A stretch of 63,976 nt of DNA, the filler included, from Choristocarpus tenellus KU-1152 (lineage: Eukaryota; Protista; Phaeophyceae): assembly GCA_964200185.2 (NCBI GenBank). It is 16 parts of 16 records of this genome, joined end to end, with 100 filler letters (N's around TTAATTAATTAA, not from the genome) between each part and the next. Parts side by side here need not be neighbours in the genome. Positions count along the whole stretch, not along the records: positions 50,916 to 53,805 come from CAXNAD020023894.1; positions 53,906 to 57,980 come from CAXNAD020016356.1; positions 58,081 to 61,146 come from CAXNAD020022555.1; positions 61,247 to 63,976 come from CAXNAD020025239.1; 12 more parts are not named here. One strand, written 5' to 3'. The notes beneath the pieces are model-generated. The model saw nothing but the letters and a program-made list of their open reading frames with translations. It ran no database searches and had not been told where the DNA came from. Made by a program: the position numbers and the translations under genes. Shown in pieces: positions 52,330 through 63,976 of this stretch. Position 1 is the first letter of the stretch; every line of letters starts with the position of its first letter.

Positions 52330-52810
52330 GATGCATACTGTTTAGTGGGTCTGGAAGGTAGCACTACCCATCAAGAACTATCTTCTAGATCAGAGGCACT
52401 TGCGGGGCCTGACAAACGAGAATGGCAAGCAGCAATGGAGAAGGAGAAGGAGGGACAATGGACGAAGGGAACATTTATAGTGGAGAGGTTTTGCCACAGG
52501 GAAGGAAACCTGTCAAGACTAACTTCCTATTCAAGATAAAGCGGACAGCTGAAGGGATCATTGCATCGTTCAAGGTCAGGTTGGTGGCACAGGGCTTCAC
52601 TCAACGGGAGGGTGTGGACTAGTTCAACGTGTTCAGCGCAGTGGTTGGCTTCGATTTAATCAGGACAGTCCTGGCGACAGAGGCAGCTCACAATTGGGAG
52701 ATGTACTCACTGGATTTTACAAAAGCCTATCTTAATGCTTCACTACCACCTGAGGATGTATGGTTATAACTTGAAAGACGGTATGGTGGTCAAGGCCACG
52801 AAGTCTATTT
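52330..52810 (+). mobile_element. Ty1/Copia reverse transcriptase remnant
   Basis: EALAGPDKREWQAAMEKE...GRKPVKTNFLFKIKR...FKVRLVAQGFTQREGVD...LDFTKAYLNA, with stops and frameshifts. Confidence 0.92.
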
Positions 52811-52811
52811 T

Positions 52812-53085
52812 ATTCAAAGGATTTAAGAGGGTAAGACACGTCTGTTTGGGGTCCAAAGTTCAACGGTTACGATTTTGATGTAATTTTGGCTATCGTGTTT
52901 GCTAGCAAGTGACAATATCCTTGCTCTGGACACACCTTTCATAGTTGTATACATTCTTTCATAGTTGTATACATTTTACCTACTCCAAAATGTTTCGAAT
53001 ACCGAAAAAGGGCATAATAAAACTGTGGGAAGCCAAGTCCCGAAGGGACAAACAGGGAAAAACTCCCACCATCTTAAATGCTTTG
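52812..53085 (-). mobile_element. MITE family B, diverged, with a 20-bp internal tandem duplication
   Basis: B-internal sequence with CTTTCATAGTTGTATACATT twice. TIRs eroded. Confidence 0.8.
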
Positions 53086-53660
53086 GATTGGACCCACCAC
53101 ATCCATATGTATCACCTCACCAGACTGTTTGGGGCTTCGACCTCCGCTCTGGTAGAGCTGAGCTTTTCTGCTTTGCATTTCTTGCACGTCTTGCATTTCA
53201 TCTCGGAAGCCACTGTAGCATCTATGATCTTCAATTATTCGACGCTTTTCCAAATGTTTTATTGACTGATGGGTTGATGTGCCCCAGGGTGTTGTACTAA
53301 TCATGAAAAGTTAGCTTCTGACTCTTCCTGGCAAATAATGCATTTGCCTTACTCCTTTTTCCTTCCAGCCTCCCTATCAGGTGTAGAAATTCCCCTGATT
53401 TCTCGAATTTTATCTGCGGACCGTTCCGAGAAGTTCTGAGGTAGCTTGTTCTTGATAATCCGGAGTTCATAAAGTCTCTGCCTTCTCGTCGGAGGGTATC
53501 AGTGCTCAATATTTGGCATGGCATACCACGTACTCAAAGTACATATCAAAGTACCACCCTTGACTCCCCATTCTTGCTCGTTGTCGATAGTACCTTATCC
53601 CCTATCTCCTTAGCCTTCAGCTTCCGATTGTTGCCAAAGGTGCAGGTTGTTAAAACATAG
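53086..53660 (-). mobile_element. Copia GAG-pre-integrase / integrase-start remnant
   Basis: IKHLEKR...C-x2-C...IHMDVVGP. Similar to 54411-54620 and 56950-57450. Confidence 0.75.
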
Positions 53661-54040
53661 GCTACTCATTTGTTTCTTGCTGATATGATACACATCTACC
53701 AGCTTGTACTGACTGTTGATTGGTGCACTGCACTGGTTGTTATGTTCATTTATTTATTGCGCATTCCAACTCATCATCACATCGATGACAGTAGATAGAA
53801 GTATANNNNNNNNNNNNNNNNNNNNNNNNNNNNNNNNNNNNNNNNNNNNTTAATTAATTAANNNNNNNNNNNNNNNNNNNNNNNNNNNNNNNNNNNNNNN
53901 NNNNNCCCCGCCCCTTTTATTGCCTTGAACTGATGATCCCACTATTGGGCACTATACGTTTTTTGTTTGCTATCACCTTTCTTCACTGTGGTGACTTGTT
54001 AAATACTCGTAGAAAAGATAACAAATCCTCCTTAAACAGT

Positions 54041-54269
54041 GAGTGAAAGTATCTCAGAGGGTACGAGTTTTGCCCTGTTTGTCCATTTGCGGCTTGACTC
54101 CCTCGAGGTGTGTATGATATTTTACCTACTCCAAAAGATTTCGGAGTTCCTAAAATGTGCACATTATGAAAAGGCGTGCCCAGAACAAGGATATTGACAC
54201 TTCCTAACAAATACGATTGTCAAAATTACATTGAAATCACAACATTGGATTTTGGCCCCCAAATGGACC
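54041..54269 (+). mobile_element. MITE family B, right TIR lost
   Basis: GAGTGAAAGTATCTCAGAGGGTA...CCCCCAAATGGAC, then Copia sequence. Confidence 0.88.
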
Positions 54270-54289
54270 CAGGCAGCCAAGATCCGTTT

Positions 54290-56304
54290 GGAGGAGAAGG
54301 GAGCCTTCCTGATGCTGGGGGCCCAGTTCCAGGCAAGAAAGGGGAAGAAGGGCAAGGCAACGATCAATGCTAGCTACGCCAATAAGCAGTAGCGTCTTTC
54401 CCTCTCAGACTGGCACAACATCATGGGTCACCTCAACCCATTCACGATTAAGCACCTGGAGAAACGAGGCCTCCTGGACATCGCAGATGCTACAGTCGCC
54501 TCAGAGCTCCACTGCCAGGTATGCAAGGAGTGCAAGTCTGAGGCACTCAGTTACGCACGCACAGAGCGGCTGAAGTCCCAAGACGGTGGGGGAGGTGGTG
54601 CATACAGACCTGGAGGGACCCTTCGACCCGGACGTGACGGGCAGGTGTTTGTGGACGAGGCCAGCCGGGAGAAGCACGTGATGAGTCTGCGTACCAAGGA
54701 CGCTGCTACTGCGGCCACCGCCACCTACATCGACGAAATGGCTCGAGAAGGGGTGGGGTGGTGGTGAATGGGACAACGCCAGCACATGGATAATAAGGCA
54801 GCACAGATAGCGGCCAAGCGCCTGACCCCACACTCTGAACAGCAGGCATCTTCCCGGCTGGAGCAGCGCCAGCGGGTGGACTACACAACCCAGCTGTACG
54901 AGCTGGAAGGTAGTGATGAAACGGATATGAACCACTTCGTGTCAACCCTCATATAGCAGAACAACGACGTGTACTGCCTTACGGATCTCATGGGGGAGGT
55001 GGCAACAGGTGCAGACGAGCCGTCTACAACAAAAGAGGCCTTGAGTGGGCCGGCCGGATGCAGAGCAGTGGCAGGAGGCCATGGAGAAGGAAATGACAGG
55101 GCTATGGCAGAAGGGGACGTTTGGTGACAAGGCCCTCCTGCCCCAAGGGAGGAAGGCAATCAAGACGCGATTCGTTTTCAAAATCAAGCGCTCCACAAAA
55201 GGAACAGTGGAACGCTGTAAGGCATGACTTATGGCCGGCGTATTCACCCAAAACGCAGGTGTGGACTTCGTCAAAACGTTTAGCCTAGTAGTGGGGTACG
55301 ACACACTACGGTGCGTAATATCCATTGCGGCGAACAGTGGTTTGAGCATCGACGCCCTGGACTTCACATATGCCTACCTCAACGCAGACCTGCAAGAGGA
55401 CGTCTGGTTGGAGCTCCTGGACAATCGCACTGTTAAGACAGAGAAGGCAATCTGTGGGCTGAAGCAATCATTCATGGAACGGTATCCTGAGCTACGCGGC
55501 ACCATTCTAGCAGAAGGGTGGACGAGCATATAACACGATCATTGCCTCTACTTCAGGAAGAGTGAAGACGGACTCATCGCCATCCTCACCACTTACGTGG
55601 ACGACACTGCCACCACCGGGGACTTCACGAGGGAGATTCAAAGGATGAGGGCATCGCTGCAGGAGAAGTATGAGGGGAGGGACCTTGGCACGCCGGACAA
55701 GCTGATTGGGGTACGGCATAACCCTGGACCAACAACTATACTTGGAAAGCATTGTCATGACCGGGATGGGCTTCATAGAAGTGCGAGAAACAAACATACC
55801 ACTCAACCCCAGCATGGACCTCTCTGCCAGGTACAAGGAACTGAATCCCACCATCTTCCCCTATGCCAGCATCCTCGGCCAACTCATGTTTCTAGCAGCA
55901 GACATTACTCGCCCTGACCTGACCAACAGCGTTCGTGAACTGGGGCGCATTTCGTTGTCTCCATACATGTGGTACTGGCGTGGACTACAACACGTTCTGC
56001 GCTACGTAGCAGGGACACTGGACGTCTGCATTCACTATGGTCACGGCTGCAAAGAAATGAATGGAGGGGAGGAAGAGCTCTTGGTGGGGCACCGAATCCC
56101 AAACACGCAGTAGCGTCACAGGTTACCTATTGTTCAACGGATTGCCAATAACCTGGCGCTCCAACTTTCAAGGCGTCGTAACCCTCTCCAGCTCGGAGGC
56201 AGAGTGGATGGGAATGGCATGCGGCTTGCACAACCGCATTTTCCTTCGAGGCATTCTGGGGGAGATTGGCGTACTACAGGACCAGACTTCCTGGTTCTGT
56301 GGTG
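54290..56304 (+). mobile_element. Ty1/Copia pol remnant (GAG-pre-integrase, partial integrase, RT, RNase H)
   Basis: WHNIMGHLNP...CQVCKECK; FVDEASR; WQEAMEKE; TRFVFKIKR; LDFTYAYLNADL; YVDD at ~55594; YASILGQLMFL...TRPDL; RSSVTGY...ITWRS...VTLSSSEAEW. The INT-RT-RH order is that of Copia. Confidence 0.95.
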
Positions 56305-57980
56305 ACAGTGTCGTCCACGTAGGTGGTGAGTATGGCGATGTGGTCGTGCTCACTCTTTCTGAAGTAGAGGCACTCGTCGTGGTAGCTGCTCGTCTACTCT
56401 TCTTCTAGAATGCATACGGGTGGAACTTGGCGTTGGCACCGCGCTGATGCTTGGTCTGATGCACGAAGCATTCCGTCCCGAACACACGGAGTCGCTTGTA
56501 GTTGAATGGCTTGCTGGTCATACACTCGTATTGTGTCTCGCCGCCCTTGTATTGGTGTGAAATACCTGTGGTCTTGTATGTGGCATCTTCCACCGCAGAA
56601 AACCAGAACTCCTCCTTGAAGTCCAGCCGGGATGAACTGGCTGTGCGCCGCTTGCATCACATGTTTGATTGCCCACTCAGCAATCCCGTTGCTCTGGGGC
56701 GTGCGTGGGGGGGTCTTTCGCCATTTCACGCCTCTCTCTGTCAGCATGCGCTGGAACATTACGCTCTTCTCGAACTCGCCAGCGCCATCCCCGTTGATGC
56801 ACCTCACCACCACCCCTTCTCGAGCCATTTTATCGAAGTAGGCGACGATTTTCGCGGTAGCATCGTCATTGGTACGCAGACCCATCACGCGCTTCTCCCG
56901 TCCAGTCTCGTCCAGGAACACCTGAAATTACATTCATGCCCGTCACATCCGGGTCGAAGGGTCCCTCCAAGTCTGTGTGCGCCACCTCCCTCACCGCACC
57001 CACCGTCTTGGGACTTCGGCCACCTCTTGCGTAAGTGAGAGCCTCGGGCTTGCACTCCTAGCATACCTGGCAGTGGAGGTCTGAGGCGACAGTAGCATCT
57101 GCGAGGTATTAGAGGCCTTGTTTCTCCTGATGCCTAATCGCGAACGGGTTGAAGTGACCCATGATGTTGTGCCAGTCGGAGAGGGAGAGACGCTGCTACT
57201 TTAGCTTTGACTGTTGCCTGGCTCTTCTTTCTCTTGCTGACATGAAACTGGACCCACAGCATCAGGAAGGCTCCCTTCTCCTCCAAATGGATCTTGACTG
57301 CGTCCTTGTTGCGCTGGATGTAGCTCCTCCTTATCCCTGAGTCCATGAACTCATCTCCCTTGCGCCGCACGCTGCCTGTGCGGAGAAGCCTGCATGGCAG
57401 ACCCGGTACCCAGAGCACATCCTGGAGCATAATCGTGGTCAGCGTGCCCGTCTTATCAATGGCCTCCAGGACCATCTCGCCAATTGTTCGTGCGTCCAGT
57501 GTACCTTTGTTTCCAAGGGTTCAGGTGCGGAGATAGTTGTTGCTGCAGTGAGGTCCTTCAGTTTGGGAGTAAGGTGCACGTTTGCACCCGAGTTGCACAG
57601 TAGGCTGATGATCTTGGACAGATCTTGAGATGAGGACAAGAGCACTGCCTCGACCATCCTGTTCTGCACGTCCTCCGCTAAAGACACATTCATGGCCAGG
57701 ATCAGCCTTGAAACAGACTCCGTCACAGCTGCTCCGGTCCCTGGTTGGTGATAGTGGAATTTTGTGTGCCATCCCAAGACCGTGTGGGGGCATTTAGCAG
57801 GAGGTTTTTGGACCAAGTATGAGTGGCATTCTTTCCATCTGTGGTTAAATTTGAGACAGAAAGCACATTGGTTCGAACCGAGGCCGCTCCTGGACCCCCG
57901 TTTCCCTGTCTGTCCCTGCACCTGTGTGAAGCGCCATATCCTCCGAGCTCCTGGTTGTTTTCCCCGTCACTTCCGTGGTC
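56305..57980 (-). mobile_element. Second Copia remnant of the same family (gag knuckle, protease, integrase, RT YVDD fragment)
   Basis: CAFCLKFNHRWKEC (CCHC); CNSGANVH (DSGA protease); LQDVLWVPGL; DGAGEF...TPPRTPQSNGIAE; LRVFGTECFV. 56305-56375 is an inverted homologue of ~55545-55610. Confidence 0.93.
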
Positions 57981-58443
57981 NNNNNNNNNNNNNNNNNNNN
58001 NNNNNNNNNNNNNNNNNNNNNNNNTTAATTAATTAANNNNNNNNNNNNNNNNNNNNNNNNNNNNNNNNNNNNNNNNNNNNCCGGTGATTCTCTTCACCAC
58101 CCTTGCCTGAGTGAACCACGCCGCCACAGAATCACACGATTCACATGTTGTACCTATGAAGCGAAAGAAACGCAACATACCATACGAAAACTGCTCTTGG
58201 AGGAGGAGGGAAGAGAGAAATACAAAAACTACAAAATGTAAAATGGCGAAACACACAAAATCAACCACTTAGAAGGAGACGTAACACAGGATACACACAC
58301 ACGGCTGCTATAGAATGCTGTTGTCTTTCAGCCTGATGTGCAACAATGAGGAAATGAGGTACTACGGATGAGATGCAGCACTCGTTCATACTGATCGATA
58401 AGTTAAAAGTTGTCAACATTGAGTGAGGACAGCGAAGAGAGAG

Positions 58444-58568
58444 AACAGCCGATTTCAAAAATTGAGGATGGAGTTTCTTAAAACATATCGACAGTTTATC
58501 CCAGTCAATTTTGGGTCAAGCCCATCCTCAATGAAAAGCTCCATCCTCAATTTTTGAAATCGGTTGTT
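58444..58568. mobile_element. Mini-MITE (family D, ~125 bp) with a perfect 25-bp inverted repeat
   Basis: CCGATTTCAAAAATTGAGGATGGAG at 58449-58473 and its reverse complement at 58539-58563. Related sequence at ~38680-38730. Confidence 0.7.
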
Positions 58569-58569
58569 A

Positions 58570-58830
58570 GAGGTGAATACCCAAAACGTTTTTGAGGGTA
58601 GGAGTTTTTCCCTGTTTGTCTGTTCGGGGCTTGGCCTCCCACGGGTTTTTATGCTGTGTTTTGTTTGGTGTGTGAACACAGTTACCTAAAATATATACGA
58701 CTATGGAAGGGGTGCCAGAACAAGGATATTGACGCTTCCTAACGACGTGATAACCAAAAGTTCATCAAAATCGCAACCTTGGATTTTGGACCCCAAATGG
58801 ACGTGGCACTACTCTCTAAAATGCTTCCAC
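58570..58830 (+). mobile_element. MITE family B, diverged
   Basis: TTTGAGGGTAGGAGTTTTTCCCTGTTTGTCTG...GGATTTTGGACCCCAAATGGAC...TACTCTCTAAAATGCTTCC. Confidence 0.8.
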
Positions 58831-59954
58831 TATGACGGTGGAGATGAACGTTGGGGAATCAATGTCAGATGGTGTTTATACATCGCACATATGAATATGT
58901 GTGTTCTTGTGTTTTGGTGTTGTCTATGTGCCATTTCCTGCCTCCTTCAGTTGGAAACACGGATTGTACCTGTTACACCTCATGTCCCCGATGTTGTATG
59001 GAGTGTGAATAAACGTCATCGAGTATTGTGTTTGTCGATGCTCCCTTGATATGCTCCACCTTCTCTTCGTTTGGGTAGATCGCCCTGACCTTATCAGGAA
59101 TACAAACCTCTGTCTTGTCCTCGCCAACGCCAACGACGTCTTCTCTCACACGGGACCAGGATGGGTTGATACAAGATTTTCCGGTACCATGGTACCGAGA
59201 CTTCACGCCCGAAGCACAGAATTGAGCATGATTGGGAGACCAAAGGTGCCGACCCTCGAGAGAGATTCTGCCGTGGACCGCAAGAAACGCGTTTGGTCAT
59301 CAAGAAAAAGAGGATAAGTGGAAAAACCATAATCCCTATTGGAAGCAGAATGTCTTGAGACAAGAACGCAGAAACCCCTTCCTACTTAGAAGCCAATCAA
59401 GAGCTATAAATGCATTGCTGTAGTTGAGATGGATTATTCTAGAGTCATACAGGATCATGGTAGTCACAGTAGTTGTCTTTTTTTCTCTTTCTCCCTTCCA
59501 CTCTCTATTCTCCCTCTCTCTCACACGAGCAAGGCCTTCATTGCGGGTAGCTTTCCCTTCTGTCTACTCCTTGCTCTTTCGTTCGCAGAGCAATCACTTG
59601 GACGTTTATTTTTCCCTGCCTTTCTCTGAGCGGTTTTTTCTTTATGTATCCTATGGCCTTCTTTAGGAATGATTACTGGTACAGGGACTGGAGAAAGTCT
59701 CCTTTCTTGGGGGAAACTCTATTGCATCATGGTTGGATTGTAGGCACCTCCGAATGGAGCATTACTGATACCCACATGCCAGTAAAATGCTGCTATGCAT
59801 TTCTCTCGACCATTCTGGTGTTGACCCTGGGTGTTATGACCTGACACCTACGAAAGAGACAGCAACATCCGCAGTATGTGATGACAGTAGATGTGAGGGA
59901 TTCCAGGTCTGTTTTTTAGTGTTCCCAACCCTCCCCCAACTCCCACGGGACAGG

Positions 59955-61146
59955 CATGTTGTGCCATGAGTTACTCAACTCGATCATGTGCTTGTCCAAC
60001 CTTCCCCTCTGGAGTCAGCAGGGTCGTATACCCACCTGCAGGGGCTTATTCCAGGATGTGGACCCTTTGCCGTTGTTGTGTCCAGGGAGTGCTAGGTGAC
60101 ACATTGCTTCCCACAAGAGTGTACCAAAGGTTGTGGGAAACCCTCTTCATCCCCCCCCCTCCACAAGCTGACAGTTCGAATTTGAGCAGCACTTGACATC
60201 ATTCAACAGGCCTTGGTGGTGTGCGTGGTGCAGGATGATGTCATGTTGAGGACAGTGTTCTTGCTGAAGAGGAATTTTGTGAGGCTTGATGGAATGATGT
60301 CTGTAATTTGCTTGAGCTCTATGGATATATATGGATATTGTGTCACTATGTTCAGAGTACATATTTATAAGCAGCATACCAATATTCTGGGGAAGTCCTT
60401 GAATGGGAATGACTTGGACTAAATTCGTGGTGAAGTGTCCCAACCTCAACCACAAATGCATTCTTCTTCCCCAGCGAGTTGGCTATGTATTGTATGAGGA
60501 CCTCCAAGGGGTCTGCAGTTGGAAAGGGGGCGCCAGAGTATTAGAGACAGGGGAGAGGGGATTTGGGGTGGAGGGGATATCTGCTGTGCCCATTCAAAAA
60601 TCAGCCAAGCAAGTGCACTTGTATGTATGTGAGATGGTGGGATATGCAGTGGGATGAACCTACAGAAGTAGTGCACATTCAGCCCTAGTCATTCCCACTC
60701 TAGGACTTCCCCACCATTTTGGTAAGCTGCTCGTGTGTATGTACTCTGAACATAGTGACACAGTAGTGTCCATAGAGCTCAAGTCGACTGTGGGCATCAA
60801 TCACCCTCAAGCCTCACCGAAATTCCTCTGAAACAAGAGCACTATCCCAAAAATGCCCTCCTCTTCCACCACGAAAACCACCAAGGCCTGTGGCATGATG
60901 TCACATGCTGCACAAAGTTGAACTCTCAGCTCCTGGAGGGGGGTCAGGAGGGTTTCCCACAACCTCAGATAAGCTCGTGCAGGAAGCAAGGCACTGACTA
61001 GCACTCCCTGCACGTAACTATGGTACCAATATGGGGTCCACACCCTAGAGAAAGCCCTACAGGTGGGTGCACTGCCCTGACTCCACAGGGGAAGGCTGGC
61101 AACGTACCAGGACATGATCCAGTTGCCCAACCCATGACACAACGTG
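59955..61146. mobile_element. Inverted pair of degenerate LINE RT fragments (arms ~59955-60425 and ~60678-61146)
   Basis: The arms align as reverse complements (e.g. GAGCTCTATGGA...TGTGTCACTATGTTCAGAGTACAT). They translate to LGLPHHFGKLLVCMYSEHSDT and GLPQNIGMLLINMYSEHSDT, resembling the LINE RT G-x-P...LI..MY segment. Confidence 0.65.
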
Positions 61147-61559
61147 NNNNNNNNNNNNNNNNNNNNNNNNNNNNNNNNNNNNNNNNNNNNTTAATTAATT
61201 AANNNNNNNNNNNNNNNNNNNNNNNNNNNNNNNNNNNNNNNNNNNNCACCAAGCAATCTCGCCGGGTTTATCACCTTTATCCTCTTTGATGATTTTGGGG
61301 ATACTTTAACACAGGGCAAACTCGTACCCTCTAAGATACTTTCGCTCTTCCACAATTTCTATATTTCATAATGTATTGTTACACTTTACATAAGAGTGGA
61401 CGTAAGATAACACAAATTGCTTCAACTTTCACACAGTACAATTATCTTATTAATACAAGGTCTACGAGCCACCAGTGATCCTACGAAGGCTGCATGCTGA
61501 CAATGCTTCAAAATTGTGAGCATCTGTGCCTTTGCCTGTACTTGTTGGTACGTCTCCAG

Positions 61560-63320
61560 GCGAAGAGACCTATTTTAGCACACATACACACATACATAAA
61601 GAAGTCAGTGCCTCCCGCTGAGTCTGCTACCTCCGTTATCTCGTCCAGCACCTACAGTGAGGTGTTTGTCTGCTTGTTCCATGGTGGAGCGTTCAAGGTG
61701 GGAAGGAGTGACCCTTGCCAAATAGCCTAAGCGGGAAGAGAGGGACGAGGAGTTGAGGAGCCAAGCAACTTGTTTGTCCTCCATCTCACTCAGGTGGATG
61801 GCCAGCATTCGTGACCCAGAGCTCTTGACCACGTCAGTCATGTGGGCTTGGATGAACCCATCTGTTCCCACTGGAGCCCCTAGTGTATCAAAGCCATTTG
61901 GGTCAGGGGGCAAGTTGATTTTTACGGTTGGTGGAAGTCCTAATTCTGAGGGTGTGGGCTGGTGGCCCTAGGGAGGTGCACCAAAGGTGTTGTTCATGTT
62001 GAGGGCAATGCCTACCTCATGTAGGTAAGTTTCCAGCTGCTCAAAAGCAACTATTCTGGTGCAGTTATTCTTCCCTGCAGAAATCGATGTGTCATCTTGA
62101 TAACTTCAGAAGGAGATCCCCCCTGGGGTCCAAATATAGACTGGACCCACTGTAGGGCTTTGGTGGTTGCCATGCAATATAGGAAGGGGCCAAGGGGGTC
62201 CTCTTGTTATGCACCTGACCTTGATGGCATTACCTTCATCCCTCCCTCATCCAGGGGGAAAAAATAAAATTGTACATGTCCCCATACACCGTGGACACGT
62301 TAGATGAGGATTCCTGGTGGAGTCCCAGGGAGAGCCTTGTTAAAGTTCAAGCAGCATACGCTGTTGAAGATATTTCTTCCATCTACACTAATGACCCATT
62401 CACCAAACTCTTCCTTAGGCGAATGTCCAATAGGGCACACTTTACCCTAATTGGGACCCCTGTCCCAAATTGCCCCATTCTGCCGAAATGTCCCTATAGG
62501 TAGGCGCACCAGTCTGCACAGAAGGCTCAAGTATATACCCTTCTGAAGAAAGAGCCGCAGGCGACCGGGTGGCACTTCTCTTCAATTGCGTACAGTCTGG
62601 GGGATATGTGGAGCATCCAAAACCCGAGAGGTAAAGGTCTGGGGAGGTGTACGCTGGCTCCCAAAGCACATGAACACCTCCGCCACTTCTTCATGGCCAA
62701 CATGTGTCATGGTGGCTGATCAGATATGGCTAGGGCGCATCCAATCAGAGCCTAGAGCGGAGAGACTATTCGCTCTCGTGAAGGCCGTCCGTAGGGAGGT
62801 GGGGGTATACTCCTTCTCAGGGGGGCAGTGCCATTGTTCCCCAGACCTCGTATCCCTTTGTACCCTATCCTTTGCTTCCGTAATGACTTGCCTAAACTCA
62901 TTTGGGTTCTCGTTGGGGTGCTTTGGAACCAGCACCCTGAAAGTCTCTTCTGTCCTCAGGGCTCTGGACTGTGATAGGAGAACACTCATCCTCTTAGAGA
63001 TGCCTCCATGGTGGTGACTGAGTGCTACAGCTCGTTCCTACAGGATTTAGAGCCATCCTCGGGGGGCTCCCGACGTCTGCTTGTCCTCTGGGATCGTTCT
63101 AATAGTCATGCTACCAACTCCTGGATGTTCTCGGACACTACACGGGCCAACCTTTCCTTCTTCGAGAACTTTCTATCATTGGACAGTAAAAGGCCAAGGA
63201 CCAGGTAGAGGAGCTTGGACGCCCTGGTAGCCCCTACTGTTGGGGTCCCTCCTTCTACCCTTGGGGCGGTTACTTCATGCATCAGAAGATACACTGTGTT
63301 CATGAGGGTGGCTGTGACAG
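61560..63320 (-). mobile_element. RLE-type (CRE/NeSL-like) LINE reverse transcriptase remnant
   Basis: GA*QEDPLGPFLY (GVQQGDPLGP), YQDD at ~62100 (YLDD), GFDTLGAPVGTDGFI...DKQVAWLL...SRLGYLARVTP, with stops and frameshifts. Confidence 0.85.
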
Positions 63321-63941
63321 GCGAATAGCATGATTATTTCTTCCCACACTTTAACCGGCAAGAGCAGTGTACGTGTGTGTGGAACCCCAAAAGGGGGAAC
63401 TCCGATTTGCTAAAAGTTGCGGAATAAAATCTGTAACTCGGGGAAGGTCGCAGCAGTTCTCAAATGTATTCCAACGTTCTGTAAACCAAAGAAACAAAAC
63501 GGTTAATGATGATAAGAGATCCTAAAAACAGCTCAGATCACAATGGCTCAAGCACCCCAAGGACTCACTCCTAACTGATACCAATTATTATATTCATGCT
63601 TATTGATTTATTTAGAGTACCCCTGTTCTGCTGAGCTGGCGTTCATTAATCTATGGATTGGACCCCCTTGACTGTCGGAGTATATTGGGAGCCTTGTGCG
63701 ATAATCAGCGTAATTTATTGGCTTGTAGATTGGAGCTATACATCCTGTGGAGGTAAGGTTCTGGAGTGCGCTGTATCATGACTGCACAGGCAGTGCGAGG
63801 CCTGCCAGGGACATTCTTAACCGAGGTGATGTTTATCTGCTCCAGGATCTCCTTCCGGACTTGGTCAAGGGCAGAAGCAACGCTGGGGTATGAACACCCC
63901 ATGGTAAATCCAAATGTGGGGGTAGGTGGCCTAGATTTTCT

Positions 63942-63976
<35 letters not shown>

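Noticed and set aside
5391-61246. Recurrent palindromic TTAATTAATTAA motif
   Set aside because: It is always centred in exactly 44+44 Ns, so it is an artificial six-frame-stop contig linker.
424-63902. Most 60-150 aa ORFs in the supplied track
   Set aside because: They are spurious frames through introns, microsatellites, MITEs (recurrent MGSQAPNGQ/YPLRYFH peptides) or the antisense of real exons.

Overview
This window is eukaryotic nuclear DNA, most consistent with a flagellated stramenopile (brown-alga-like; inferred from HYDIN, intron-rich genes and the LSU rDNA signature). It is not one contiguous locus. Sixteen contigs of 2.5-5.7 kb are joined by 15 artificial 100-bp spacers (N44-TTAATTAATTAA-N44), so gene neighbourhood across spacers is meaningless. 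Reconstructing splice junctions by hand gives phase-compatible partial gene models for SHMT, HYDIN, a HUWE1/UPL1-type E3 ligase (with a GC-AG intron), a signal peptide/PSI-like/TM/RING protein, an intron-containing YHYH-domain protein, NDUFB11 (ESSS), an alpha/beta hydrolase and two unknown proteins. The rest is mostly decayed transposable elements (Copia, Gypsy, RLE-type and other LINEs, DD39D mariner) plus a degenerate 28S rDNA fragment. The most distinctive pattern is two abundant, internally unrelated MITE families (~180 bp and ~259 bp). They share GRG...CYC termini, an AAAGTATCT TIR core, a subterminal GTCCATTTGG motif and 4-bp variable TSDs, which fits Sola2-type non-autonomous transposons. 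Also notable are a LINE 3' stem-loop with a (TAA)n tail that clusters in AT microsatellite, and several fold-back TE pairs. I found no convincing novel multi-gene system. All family assignments come from recognising motifs by eye, not from database searches.
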